Source of the DNA: an uncultured Kiloniellales bacterium | GTDB taxonomy: Bacteria; Pseudomonadota; Alphaproteobacteria; Kiloniellales; JAKSDN01 | Assembly: GCA_947258885.1 (NCBI GenBank) | Contig: CAMYKD010000001.1 | Location: forward strand, 102 to 64,101 | Direction: 5' to 3' | Length of the DNA: 64,000 nucleotides | Program-made: the position numbers and the translations under genes | Notes under the pieces: model-generated | Databases searched by the model: none | The model's input: the letters and a program-made list of their open reading frames with translations, nothing else | Told to the model about the DNA's origin: nothing | Shown here: piece by piece, positions 9,024 through 16,607 of the stretch | Position numbering within the stretch: position 1 is the first letter of the stretch | Layout: every line of letters begins with the position of its first letter

Positions 9024-9699
9024 GTCCGATGACGGTTTCGTCGGACGCTGGTCGCGTCTGAAGCGCGGCGAGCGGACCCGCGACGAGGCCACCGGGCCAG
9101 ATGACGCCAAGCCGGTGCCCGCGGCTCCGCCGACAGGCGAAGCCGAGCCGGCGGAGCCGGAGCAGAGCGAGATCGTCGAGCAGCTGCCCGACATCGACAG
9201 CCTGGACGAGAGCGCGGACTTCACCGTTTTCCTGAAGGACGGCGTGCCCGAGGAGCTGCGCAAGCGGGCGCTGCGCAAGCTGTGGCGCCTCAATCCGGTC
9301 TTCGCCAACCTGGACGGTCTCAACGACTACGACGAGGACTTCACCGCCGCTGCCGCCGCACTCGAGGGCGTGAAGACGCTCTATCAGGTCGGCAAAGGCA
9401 TGGTCCTGCCCGAAGAGCCGCCCGAAGAGCTGGCCGGAGAGGGTCCGGCCGATGCGGATCCCGCCGCCGAAACGGGCGAGCCGCTGGCGGAGGCGGAGGA
9501 GACCGCGGCAGGTGGGGACCACGAGGCCGACCCTGCGCAGATCGGGCAAATGGCGCGCGCGCCGGCTCCGGACCCCACAGCAGGAGCGATAGCGACTCCG
9601 ACGGGCGAGTCGGACTCCGTCGCGCGCCCGGTCGAGCCGGTTCGGGCGCCGACCGGCCGCTCCGCCGCTCGCCGCCGCTGGAGTCGCTTCGAAGGCTGA
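9016..9699 (+). CDS. DUF3306-like protein (FDH-associated, function unknown)
   Basis: Start MAESDDGFVGRWSRLKRGE. ATG 9016 overlaps the DUF3305 stop (ATGGCTGA). Acidic low-complexity centre, then LRKLWRLNPVFANLDGLNDYDEDF. Confidence 0.6.
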   Translation: MAESDDGFVGRWSRLKRGERTRDEATGPDDAKPVPAAPPTGEAEPAEPEQSEIVEQLPDIDSLDESADFTVFLKDGVPEELRKRALRKLWRLNPVFANLDGLNDYDEDFTAAAAALEGVKTLYQVGKGMVLPEEPPEELAGEGPADADPAAETGEPLAEAEETAAGGDHEADPAQIGQMARAPAPDPTAGAIATPTGESDSVARPVEPVRAPTGRSAARRRWSRFEG

Positions 9700-9917
9700 T
9701 GCCGAAATATACTTGCGCCAGGGGGTCGGTGGACACGCCTTGTGGCGCGATTCCTACTATGCATCGATCTCCGGTCAATAATTCGGCGGGGCCGGTCAAG
9801 TCCCAGTGGTGAAACAATGTTACCATTCTATTGGGGGTGATCTGTCCGCGCTTGCCTGATTCTTGAACACGTTTCCACAGAGGTTTTGTGTGTTCGCGCA
9901 TGCAGCATGCTAACTTG

Positions 9918-9947
9918 TTGACAGAACCCCGGTCTTGGGTCTCTAAT
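9918..9947 (+). promoter_or_regulatory. candidate sigma-70 promoter TTGACA-N18-TCTAAT for the FDH operon
   Basis: Read directly in the ~50% GC intergenic region 9700..10086. It would give a ~130 nt leader before TTG 10087. Confidence 0.35.
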
Positions 9948-9967
9948 TCACGGAAATAAAGACCAAT

Positions 9968-10079
9968 CCCCTTGAAAAACAAGGGGTATTGGCATTGACC
10001 TAGAGACGCTGCGTGGCGGTCCTTGTCCTCCCTAAAGGGAGCGTGCCGCGGGGCGATCGAGCCGAGAGCGGGGAGGCAC
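9968..10079 (+). promoter_or_regulatory. structured 5' leader with hairpins and anti-SD/SD alternative pairing
   Basis: Hairpin CCCCTTG-aaaaa-CAAGGGG at 9968..9986. CCTCCC (10027..10032) can pair with GGGAG (10037..10041) or with the SD GGGAGG (10071..10076). GTGCC (10043..10047) can pair with GGCAC (10075..10079). Confidence 0.35.
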
Positions 10080-10086
10080 GGCTTAG

Positions 10087-10692
10087 TTGGCGGCGGTTTT
10101 GCAGGCACAGCAGGCAGCAGAGGAAGACCGGCTCCGGGCCGGTTGGTACTCTCTGCTCGCGCGCCTTCTGGCCGCGCCGGCGGACGACGAGGTCCTGGCG
10201 GTTCTGCGCGGCCTCGGGGACGACGAGACCGAGTTGGGGGCAGCGCTCCGGGCGCTCAAGGCGGCCGCCGGGGCGGTCTCGCCGGGCGCGGTCGAGCAGG
10301 AGTTTTTCGATCTCTTCGTCGGCGTCGGACAGGGCGAGCTGGTGCCCTACGGCTCCTACTACCTGACCGGGTTCCTGCACGAGAAGCCCTTGGCGCGGCT
10401 GCGCGACGACATGGCGGCTCTGGGCATCGCCCGGTCCGAAGGGATCGCGGAATCCGAGGACCACATCGCCGCGCTCTGCGACATGATGGCGGGTCTGATC
10501 ACGGGCGCGTTCGGCGCGCCGGCCGATCTGGCCACCCAGCGCAAGTTCTTCGGCGATCACATCGGCTGTTGGGCGCCTCGGTTCTTCGAGAACCTGGAGG
10601 CCGCGACCTCGGCTGCGTTCTACATGCCGGTCGGCACCTTGGGCCGCCTCTTCATGGCGGTCGAAAGCCAGGCATTCGAGATGGCGGCCTAG
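10087..10692 (+). CDS. TorD-family molybdoenzyme chaperone (FDH-specific, FdhE/TorD-like); TTG start
   Basis: RAGWYSLLARLLAAP...EFFDLFVGVGQGELVPYGSYYLTGFLHEKPLARLRDDMAALGI...EDHIAALCDMMAGL is the typical TorD/DmsD family pattern. It lies immediately upstream of the FDH genes. Confidence 0.75.
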   Translation: MAAVLQAQQAAEEDRLRAGWYSLLARLLAAPADDEVLAVLRGLGDDETELGAALRALKAAAGAVSPGAVEQEFFDLFVGVGQGELVPYGSYYLTGFLHEKPLARLRDDMAALGIARSEGIAESEDHIAALCDMMAGLITGAFGAPADLATQRKFFGDHIGCWAPRFFENLEAATSAAFYMPVGTLGRLFMAVESQAFEMAA

Positions 10693-10785
10693 CGCTTCAC
10701 GCGAAAGTGATAGGGGTCCGGGGCGGGCCCCCCTAGGCGACGATCCGCTCCGTGCAACGTTCACCAAGGAAGGAAAGGTGGGCAG

Positions 10786-10992
10786 ATGAGCAAGAAGAAG
10801 GAAGAGGCTTCCATCGGACGCCGTGACTTCTTCCGCAAGGCCGGCCTCGGGGCCGGCGCGGTCGGCGCGGCCGCGGTCGGTCTCTCGGCCGAGCAAGGCG
10901 AGGCGGCTGAACCCGCCAAGACAGCGCCGGGCCGTGCCGGGTACCGCGAAACCGCGCACGTGAAGAAGTACTACGAGCTATCCAGGTTCTAG
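10786..10992 (+). CDS. small twin-arginine signal protein (formate dehydrogenase region TAT-target protein)
   Basis: 68 aa with GRRDFFRKAGLGAGAVGAAAV, directly upstream of the FDH alpha subunit. Confidence 0.75.
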   Translation: MSKKKEEASIGRRDFFRKAGLGAGAVGAAAVGLSAEQGEAAEPAKTAPGRAGYRETAHVKKYYELSRF

Positions 10993-11018
10993 TTCCACAA
11001 GAAAGTTAGGAGACGTCA

Positions 11019-13892
11019 ATGCTTACCAAGAAGACGAATGGGGTGGCGAATGGCCCCCGTTTGTCCAAAGCCTTGGCTGGCATGGTCGGCAGCGCAATCG
11101 ACCGTCGAACCTTCCTGAAACGCTCGGGGCTGACCGCGGGTGGTGCCGTGGCGGTGGCGAGTCTGTCTTCGGGGATGGTCAGGAAAGCCGAGGCCCAGGC
11201 CTCGTCTTCCAGCGGCGAGGTGCAAATGGTCAAGTCCGTTTGCACGCACTGTTCGGTCGGCTGCACGGTCATGGCCGAGGTCCGAAACGGGGTTTGGGTC
11301 GGGCAGGAACCCGGTTGGGACAGCCCGTTCAATCTCGGTGCCCACTGCTCCAAGGGCGCCTCGGTGCGCGAGCACGCGCACGGCGAGCGCCGCCTCAAGC
11401 ACCCGACCAAGCTGGTCGGCGGCAAATGGCAGAAGGTCAGTTGGGAGGACGCGATCAACGAGATCGGCGACAAGATGCTGGAAATTCGCCAGCAGTCCGG
11501 TCCCGATTCGGTGTACTGGCTCGGCTCGGCCAAGCACAGCAACGAGCAGGCTTACCTGTTCCGCAAGCTCTACGCCTTCTGGGGCTCCAACAACGGAGAC
11601 CACCAGGCGCGGATCTGCCACTCCACCACGGTCGCGGGTGTCGCCAACACCTGGGGCTATGGCGCGATGACCAACAGCTACAACGACATCCACAACTCGC
11701 GCGCCATCTTCCAGATCGGCGGCAATCCCGCCGAGGCCCATCCGGTCGCCCTGCAGCACATGCTCAAGGCGAAGGAGCAGAACAACGCGGCCTTCATCGT
11801 GTGCGACCCGCGCTTCACGCGCACGGCCGCGCATGCCGACGAATTCGTGCGGTTCCGTCCCGGGACCGACGTGGGGCTGATCTGGGGCATCCTCTGGCAC
11901 GTCTTCGAGAACGGCTGGGAGGACAAGGAGTTCATCCGCCAGAGGGTCTGGGGTCTGAACCAGGTCAAGGCCGAGGTGGCCAAGTGGACGCCCGAGGAGA
12001 CCGAGCGCGTCACCGGCGTGCCGGGCTCGCAGCTCAGGCGCGTTGCGCGGACTCTGGCCAACAACCGGCCCTTCACCATCATCTGGTGCATGGGCGGCAC
12101 CCAGCATACCAACGGCAACAACAACACCCGTGCCTACTGTGCGCTGGGTCTGACGCTCGGCGTGATCGGCACCTCGGGCGGCGGCGCCAACATCTACCGC
12201 GGCCACGACAACGTGCAGGGCGCGACCGACTTCTGCGTGCTGTCGCACAGCCTGCCGGGCTACTACGGCCTTAAGACCGGCTCGTGGAAGCACTGGGCCC
12301 GTGTCTGGGACGTCGAGTACGACTATCTGCTCGGGCGCTTCGCGGACAAGAAGCTCATGGAGAGCAAGGGCATCCCGGTCTCGCGCTGGATCGACGGCGT
12401 GCTGGAGGCCAAGGAGAACATCGATCAGCCGGACAACGTCCGGGGCATGGTGTTCTGGGGTCATGCGCCGAACTCGCAGACCCGCGGTCTCGAGATGAAA
12501 ACGGCCATGGAGAAGCTCGATCTCCTGGTGGTGATCGATCCCTATCCGACGGCCACCGCGGTCATGCACGACCGCACCGACGGCGTCTACCTGCTGCCGG
12601 CGGCGACGCAGTTCGAGACCTACGGCTCGGTCACCGCGTCCAACCGCTCGCTGCAGTGGCGCGACAAGATCTTCGACCCGCTGTTCGAGTCGAGGACCGA
12701 CCAGGAGATCATCTATCTCTTCGCGCAGAAGCTCGGCTTCGCCGACCAGATGTTCAAGAACATCAAGGTCGAAGGAACCGAGCCTTTGGTCGAGGACGTC
12801 ACCCTCGAATTCAACAAGGGGATGTGGACGATCGGCTACACCGGCCAGTCGCCGGACCGCCTGCGCGCCCACATGGCCAACCAGCACACCTTCGACAAGA
12901 CCACGCTCCAGGCGGTGGGTGGCCCGGTCGACGGCGAGTACTACGGCCTGCCGTGGCCGTGCTGGGGCACGGCGGAGATGGGTCATCCGGGGACACCGAT
13001 CCTCTACGACCCGTCCAAACCGGTGGCCGAAGGCGGCCTGTGCTTCCGCGCCCGTTTCGGCGTGGAGCGCAACGGCGAGAACCTGCTCGCCGAGGGCAGC
13101 TATCCGGTCGGCTCCGAGATCAAGGACGGCTATCCGGAGTTCACGATGGCGATGCTCAAGAAGCTCGGCTGGGACGGCGATCTGACCGACGGCGAGCGGG
13201 CGGCCATCGAAAAGGTTGCCGGCGACAAGACCAACTGGAAGACCGACCTGTCGGGCGGTATCCAGAGGGTCGCGATCAAGCACGGCTGTGCACCCTTCGG
13301 CAACGCCAAGGCCCGTACCGTAGTGTGGAACTTCCCGGATCCGGTGCCGACGCACCGCGAGCCGCTGTACACGCCGCGGCGCGATTTGGTGGCCGACTAT
13401 CCGACCTACGCCGACAAGCAGGCCTACCGCTTGCCCACGCTTTACGAATCGATCCAGAAGAAGGACTTCTCGGGCGACTACCCGCTGATCCTGACATCCG
13501 GGCGCCTCGTGGAGTACGAGGGCGGCGGCGACGAGACCCGGTCCAACCCGTGGCTGGCAGAGCTCCAGCAGGACATGTTCGTCGAGATCAACCCGTTCGA
13601 CGCCAACGAAGGCGGCATCAGGGACGGGCAGATGGTCTGGGTGCACACGCCTGAAGGGGCCAAGATCAAGGTCATGGCCATGGTCACCGAACGGGTCGGG
13701 CGCGGCGTCACGTTCCTGCCGTTCCACTTCGCCGGCCACTGGCAGGGCGAGGACCGGCGCTCGAAGTATCCGAAGGGCGCGGACCCCTACGTCTTGGGTG
13801 AGGCGGCGAACACGGCCATGACCTATGGCTACGACTCCGTCACCCAGATGCAGGAGACCAAAGCGTCCCTGTGCCGGATCGAACTTGCCTAA
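11019..13892 (+). CDS. fdnG: formate dehydrogenase major (molybdopterin) subunit, Tat-exported, Cys-type (no selenocysteine)
   Basis: Tat motif DRRTFLKRSG, 4Fe-4S motif CTHCSVGCTV, and active-site region ARICHSTTVAG with Cys where E. coli FdnG has Sec. Uninterrupted 957-aa ORF. Confidence 0.93.
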   Translation: MLTKKTNGVANGPRLSKALAGMVGSAIDRRTFLKRSGLTAGGAVAVASLSSGMVRKAEAQASSSSGEVQMVKSVCTHCSVGCTVMAEVRNGVWVGQEPGWDSPFNLGAHCSKGASVREHAHGERRLKHPTKLVGGKWQKVSWEDAINEIGDKMLEIRQQSGPDSVYWLGSAKHSNEQAYLFRKLYAFWGSNNGDHQARICHSTTVAGVANTWGYGAMTNSYNDIHNSRAIFQIGGNPAEAHPVALQHMLKAKEQNNAAFIVCDPRFTRTAAHADEFVRFRPGTDVGLIWGILWHVFENGWEDKEFIRQRVWGLNQVKAEVAKWTPEETERVTGVPGSQLRRVARTLANNRPFTIIWCMGGTQHTNGNNNTRAYCALGLTLGVIGTSGGGANIYRGHDNVQGATDFCVLSHSLPGYYGLKTGSWKHWARVWDVEYDYLLGRFADKKLMESKGIPVSRWIDGVLEAKENIDQPDNVRGMVFWGHAPNSQTRGLEMKTAMEKLDLLVVIDPYPTATAVMHDRTDGVYLLPAATQFETYGSVTASNRSLQWRDKIFDPLFESRTDQEIIYLFAQKLGFADQMFKNIKVEGTEPLVEDVTLEFNKGMWTIGYTGQSPDRLRAHMANQHTFDKTTLQAVGGPVDGEYYGLPWPCWGTAEMGHPGTPILYDPSKPVAEGGLCFRARFGVERNGENLLAEGSYPVGSEIKDGYPEFTMAMLKKLGWDGDLTDGERAAIEKVAGDKTNWKTDLSGGIQRVAIKHGCAPFGNAKARTVVWNFPDPVPTHREPLYTPRRDLVADYPTYADKQAYRLPTLYESIQKKDFSGDYPLILTSGRLVEYEGGGDETRSNPWLAELQQDMFVEINPFDANEGGIRDGQMVWVHTPEGAKIKVMAMVTERVGRGVTFLPFHFAGHWQGEDRRSKYPKGADPYVLGEAANTAMTYGYDSVTQMQETKASLCRIELA

Positions 13893-13905
13893 GGAGACCT
13901 GAGCT

Positions 13906-14502
13906 ATGGCACGTATGAAGTTCCTTTGCGATGCCGAGCGTTGCATCGAGTGCAACGCCTGCGTCACCGCGTGCAAGAACGAGAACGAGGTTCCCTGGGG
14001 CATCAACCGCCGTCGTGTCGTGACCATCAACGACGGCAAGCCCGGCGAGCGTTCGATCTCGGTGGCTTGCATGCACTGTTCGGATGCGCCGTGTATCGCG
14101 GTCTGTCCGGTGGATTGCATCTACCAGACCGAGGAAGGAGTGGTGCTCCATTCCAAGGACCTGTGCATCGGCTGCGGCTACTGCTTCTACGCCTGTCCGT
14201 TCGGCGCGCCGCAGTATCCGCAGGCCGGCAACTTCGGAAGCCGGGGCAAGATGGACAAGTGCACATTCTGTGCGGGCGGTCCGGAGGAGGACAACTCCTC
14301 GGCCGAGTTCCAGAAGTACGGGCGCAACCGTCTTGCCGAGGGCAAGCTGCCGCTTTGTGCCGAGATGTGCTCGACCAAGGCGCTGCTCGGCGGCGACGGC
14401 GACGTGGTGTCCGACATCTACCGCGAGCGCGTGGTCGCCCGCGGCTTCGGTTCGGGCGCCTGGGGTTGGGGCACGGCTTATCAGCAGAAGTCGGGCTCTT
14501 GA
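13906..14502 (+). CDS. fdnH: formate dehydrogenase iron-sulfur (beta) subunit, 4x[4Fe-4S] ferredoxin type
   Basis: Cys clusters CIECNACVTAC, CMHCSDAPCIAVCP, CIGCGYCFYACP and CTFC...CAEMC. Confidence 0.9.
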   Translation: MARMKFLCDAERCIECNACVTACKNENEVPWGINRRRVVTINDGKPGERSISVACMHCSDAPCIAVCPVDCIYQTEEGVVLHSKDLCIGCGYCFYACPFGAPQYPQAGNFGSRGKMDKCTFCAGGPEEDNSSAEFQKYGRNRLAEGKLPLCAEMCSTKALLGGDGDVVSDIYRERVVARGFGSGAWGWGTAYQQKSGS

Positions 14503-14530
14503 CCCCTGCATCGCTCCGATGACGGGCGGG

Positions 14531-14574
14531 GTCGAAATTAGGGGGCGGCGGCCAGCCGCCGCCCCCGTTTCGAC
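14531..14574 (+). terminator. very strong GC hairpin between the FDH beta and gamma genes (attenuator, partial terminator or mRNA-stabilising stem)
   Basis: GTCGAAA-tta-GGGGGCGGCGG-ccag-CCGCCGCCCCC-g-TTTCGAC. An 11 bp perfect GC stem extended by a 7 bp outer stem. Only a short T run follows. Confidence 0.45.
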
Positions 14575-14727
14575 ACATCCCGCTTTGGGACGGTCATTTG
14601 CGCGTCCTGGTTGGTTCCCGCCGGGGCAGCCACACTCTTAACAAGTTTTAGCGATCTACTGATAAACAGGGATGCCGATCGAACCCCACGCCCGCTTGTC
14701 CGGGCTAAAGTGGAGGCACGAATTGCG

Positions 14728-14925
14728 ATGCACAGCAAGACCCCGGTTTTGACGTTCGCCGCCCTGCTGGTTGCGGGGATGGCGCTTGCCGCCTGCGACC
14801 AGGACGAGCAGGGCCGGCTCCTGAGCTACGAAAAAGGCACCTATCTCGGCGAGCCGGACACGCCGCTCACCGAAGAGCAGGTCAACGAGTTGCGGCATCG
14901 TGCGATGCAGCAGGCAGGCAGTTGA
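14728..14925 (+). CDS. small lipoprotein (65 aa), function unknown
   Basis: Signal peptide plus lipobox MHSKTPVLTFAALLVAGMALAAC. GGAGG lies 8 nt upstream of ATG 14728. Confidence 0.6.
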   Translation: MHSKTPVLTFAALLVAGMALAACDQDEQGRLLSYEKGTYLGEPDTPLTEEQVNELRHRAMQQAGS

Positions 14926-15001
14926 AGACGGCCGCCGTCTCAAGGCAGCCGAGCGAGAAGAATGCGCTACCACACGGAAAATTCTGTTGGGAGAGGCAGT
15001 C

Positions 15002-16138
15002 ATGCGTGACGCCATGAGATTGGGATTGCAGCGCCTGACGGCCGGGCTGGCGGCGTTCGGGCTTTGCTTGATGCTCGTCGCCGGACTTTCGCCGGTCGAT
15101 CCGTTCGGACAAGCCGCCTACGCCCAGACCGAAGGGCGGAGCGTGGAGGAACCCTCGCCGCTTGCCGGCAACGTCCCGGGCGGCCACCTGGGCGCCACGA
15201 GCGACAGCCAGATCTGGAAAGCGGTGCGCGACGGGGCCCGGGGCACGGTTTCGATCCCGGACAAGCTCGCCGGCCAAATGATCCAGTCCGAAGGCGATAC
15301 CTGGCGCGCCCGGCGCAACGGTCCGATCACGGTCGGCGGCATCTGGGCGATCTTCGGCATGATCGCGGCCCTCGCCCTGTTCTTCGCGCTGCGCGGCCGC
15401 ATCCGCATGGAAGCGGGCCCCAGTGGCAAGACGATCGAGCGGTTCAGCGATCTGGAGCGTTTTGCCCACTGGCTGTCGGCCGTCTGCTTCCTCACCCTGG
15501 CTCTGACCGGCCTCAACATGCTCTACGGCAGGCACGTCCTGCTGCCGGTCCTGGGACCGGAGGCCTTCTCCGGCCTGGCCCAGGTCGGCAAATATGTGCA
15601 CAACTTCGTCGCCTTCGGGTTCATGGCCGGCATCGTGCTGATGTTCGTGATCTGGGTCCGCCACAATATCCCGAACAAGTACGATCTGGCGTGGCTCGCC
15701 AAGGGCGGCGGACTGTTCAAGAAGGGCGTGCACGTGTCCTCCGAGAAGTTCAATGCCGGCCAGAAGATCCAGTTCTGGCTGGTCTTCGTGGGCGGCGTGT
15801 TGCTCAGCCTGAACGGCCTTGCGCTCCTGTTCCCTTTCACCTTCGTCATGTTCGACCCGGTTTTCACGGTGCTGAACGTCTTCGGCTTCGGCCTGCCCAC
15901 GGACCTGACGCCGATGGACGAGATGCAGCTCGCGCAGATATGGCACGTCATCGTCGCCCTGGTGTTGATCGCGGCCATGATCTCGCATATCTACATCGGG
16001 ACCCTCGGCATGGAGGGCGCGTTCAATGCCATGGGCACGGGACAGGTCGACGAGAACTGGGCGCGCGAGCACCATGACCTCTGGGTCGAGCAGGTCAAGG
16101 GCGCGGCGCCCAAGGCCCAGCCCCAGCCGGCGGAATAG
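15002..16138 (+). CDS. fdnI: formate dehydrogenase gamma subunit (cytochrome b, FdnI/FdoI family) with N-terminal periplasmic extension
   Basis: RFSDLERFAHWLSAVCFLTLALTGLNMLYG...KYVHNFVAFGFM...WHVIVALVLIAAMISHIYIG. Four-TM dihaem b pattern with conserved His residues. ATG 15002 follows GGAGAGG. Confidence 0.85.
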   Translation: MRDAMRLGLQRLTAGLAAFGLCLMLVAGLSPVDPFGQAAYAQTEGRSVEEPSPLAGNVPGGHLGATSDSQIWKAVRDGARGTVSIPDKLAGQMIQSEGDTWRARRNGPITVGGIWAIFGMIAALALFFALRGRIRMEAGPSGKTIERFSDLERFAHWLSAVCFLTLALTGLNMLYGRHVLLPVLGPEAFSGLAQVGKYVHNFVAFGFMAGIVLMFVIWVRHNIPNKYDLAWLAKGGGLFKKGVHVSSEKFNAGQKIQFWLVFVGGVLLSLNGLALLFPFTFVMFDPVFTVLNVFGFGLPTDLTPMDEMQLAQIWHVIVALVLIAAMISHIYIGTLGMEGAFNAMGTGQVDENWAREHHDLWVEQVKGAAPKAQPQPAE

Positions 16139-16165
16139 TGCTCGAGGGAAATTGGAGCGAGTGAC

Positions 16166-16543
16166 ATGATCCCACTCTGCCGCTTGACCGGCTTCGTGCT
16201 CGCCCTGGGACTTGCCGTCGCCGCCCTGCCGACGCCGGGGTCGGCAGCCATGGGCGAGGCCGAAGCCGTCAAGATGATCGAGGCCACCTTCGATGTTCAG
16301 GTGCTGCGCGTGCGCGCGCAGCAGGTCGGCGACAGGCCGGCCTGGCTGCTCACGGTGATGAACCGGGGCGGCGATTTCAATACGGCCTTTCAGGTCAATA
16401 CCCTGGCGGTGGACCGGGAAACCGGCAAGCTGCTGCCGGCGGTGCGCCACGGCGCGAGTGGCTACGAGCCGTCCGGGGCGGATCGGCGCGAAGACAAGGT
16501 CGGCGTGCGGCCGGATGCGATCCGCTCGCGCCCGTGGCGCTAG
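16166..16543 (+). CDS. secreted PepSY-like small protein (hypothetical)
   Basis: Signal peptide ending PGSAA, then AVKMIEATFDVQVLRV...LLTVMNRGGDFNTAFQVNTLAVDRETGKLL, which resembles the PepSY fold pattern. Confidence 0.5.
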   Translation: MIPLCRLTGFVLALGLAVAALPTPGSAAMGEAEAVKMIEATFDVQVLRVRAQQVGDRPAWLLTVMNRGGDFNTAFQVNTLAVDRETGKLLPAVRHGASGYEPSGADRREDKVGVRPDAIRSRPWR

Positions 16544-16607
16544 GACAGGAATTCGGCCCCGTGCCCGCGTTGACGCTCAGCCGCCGGGCAACCGTTCGGT
16601 TGACGGA

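Noticed and set aside
9954-10086. Canonical Moco (molybdenum cofactor) riboswitch upstream of the FDH genes
   Set aside because: The leader has CCUCCC...AAAGGGAG and CGAGCCGAG strings that are superficially reminiscent of the Moco motif. Their order and context do not match the motif as I remember it (CUCCGAGCC 5' of GCCUCCC...AAAGG). I kept it only as an unclassified structured leader pending a covariance-model scan.
11019-13892. Selenocysteine recoding in the FDH alpha subunit
   Set aside because: The ORF is uninterrupted. The active-site position equivalent to the E. coli FdnG Sec is a Cys codon (ARICHSTTVAG), so no in-frame TGA or SECIS is needed.
11016-14120. 1034-aa ORF antisense to fdnG/fdnH
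   Set aside because: This is a typical high-GC shadow frame. It is Arg/Gly/Ala/Pro/Val-rich with no recognisable motifs, and it lies fully opposite a gene with unmistakable FDH motifs.
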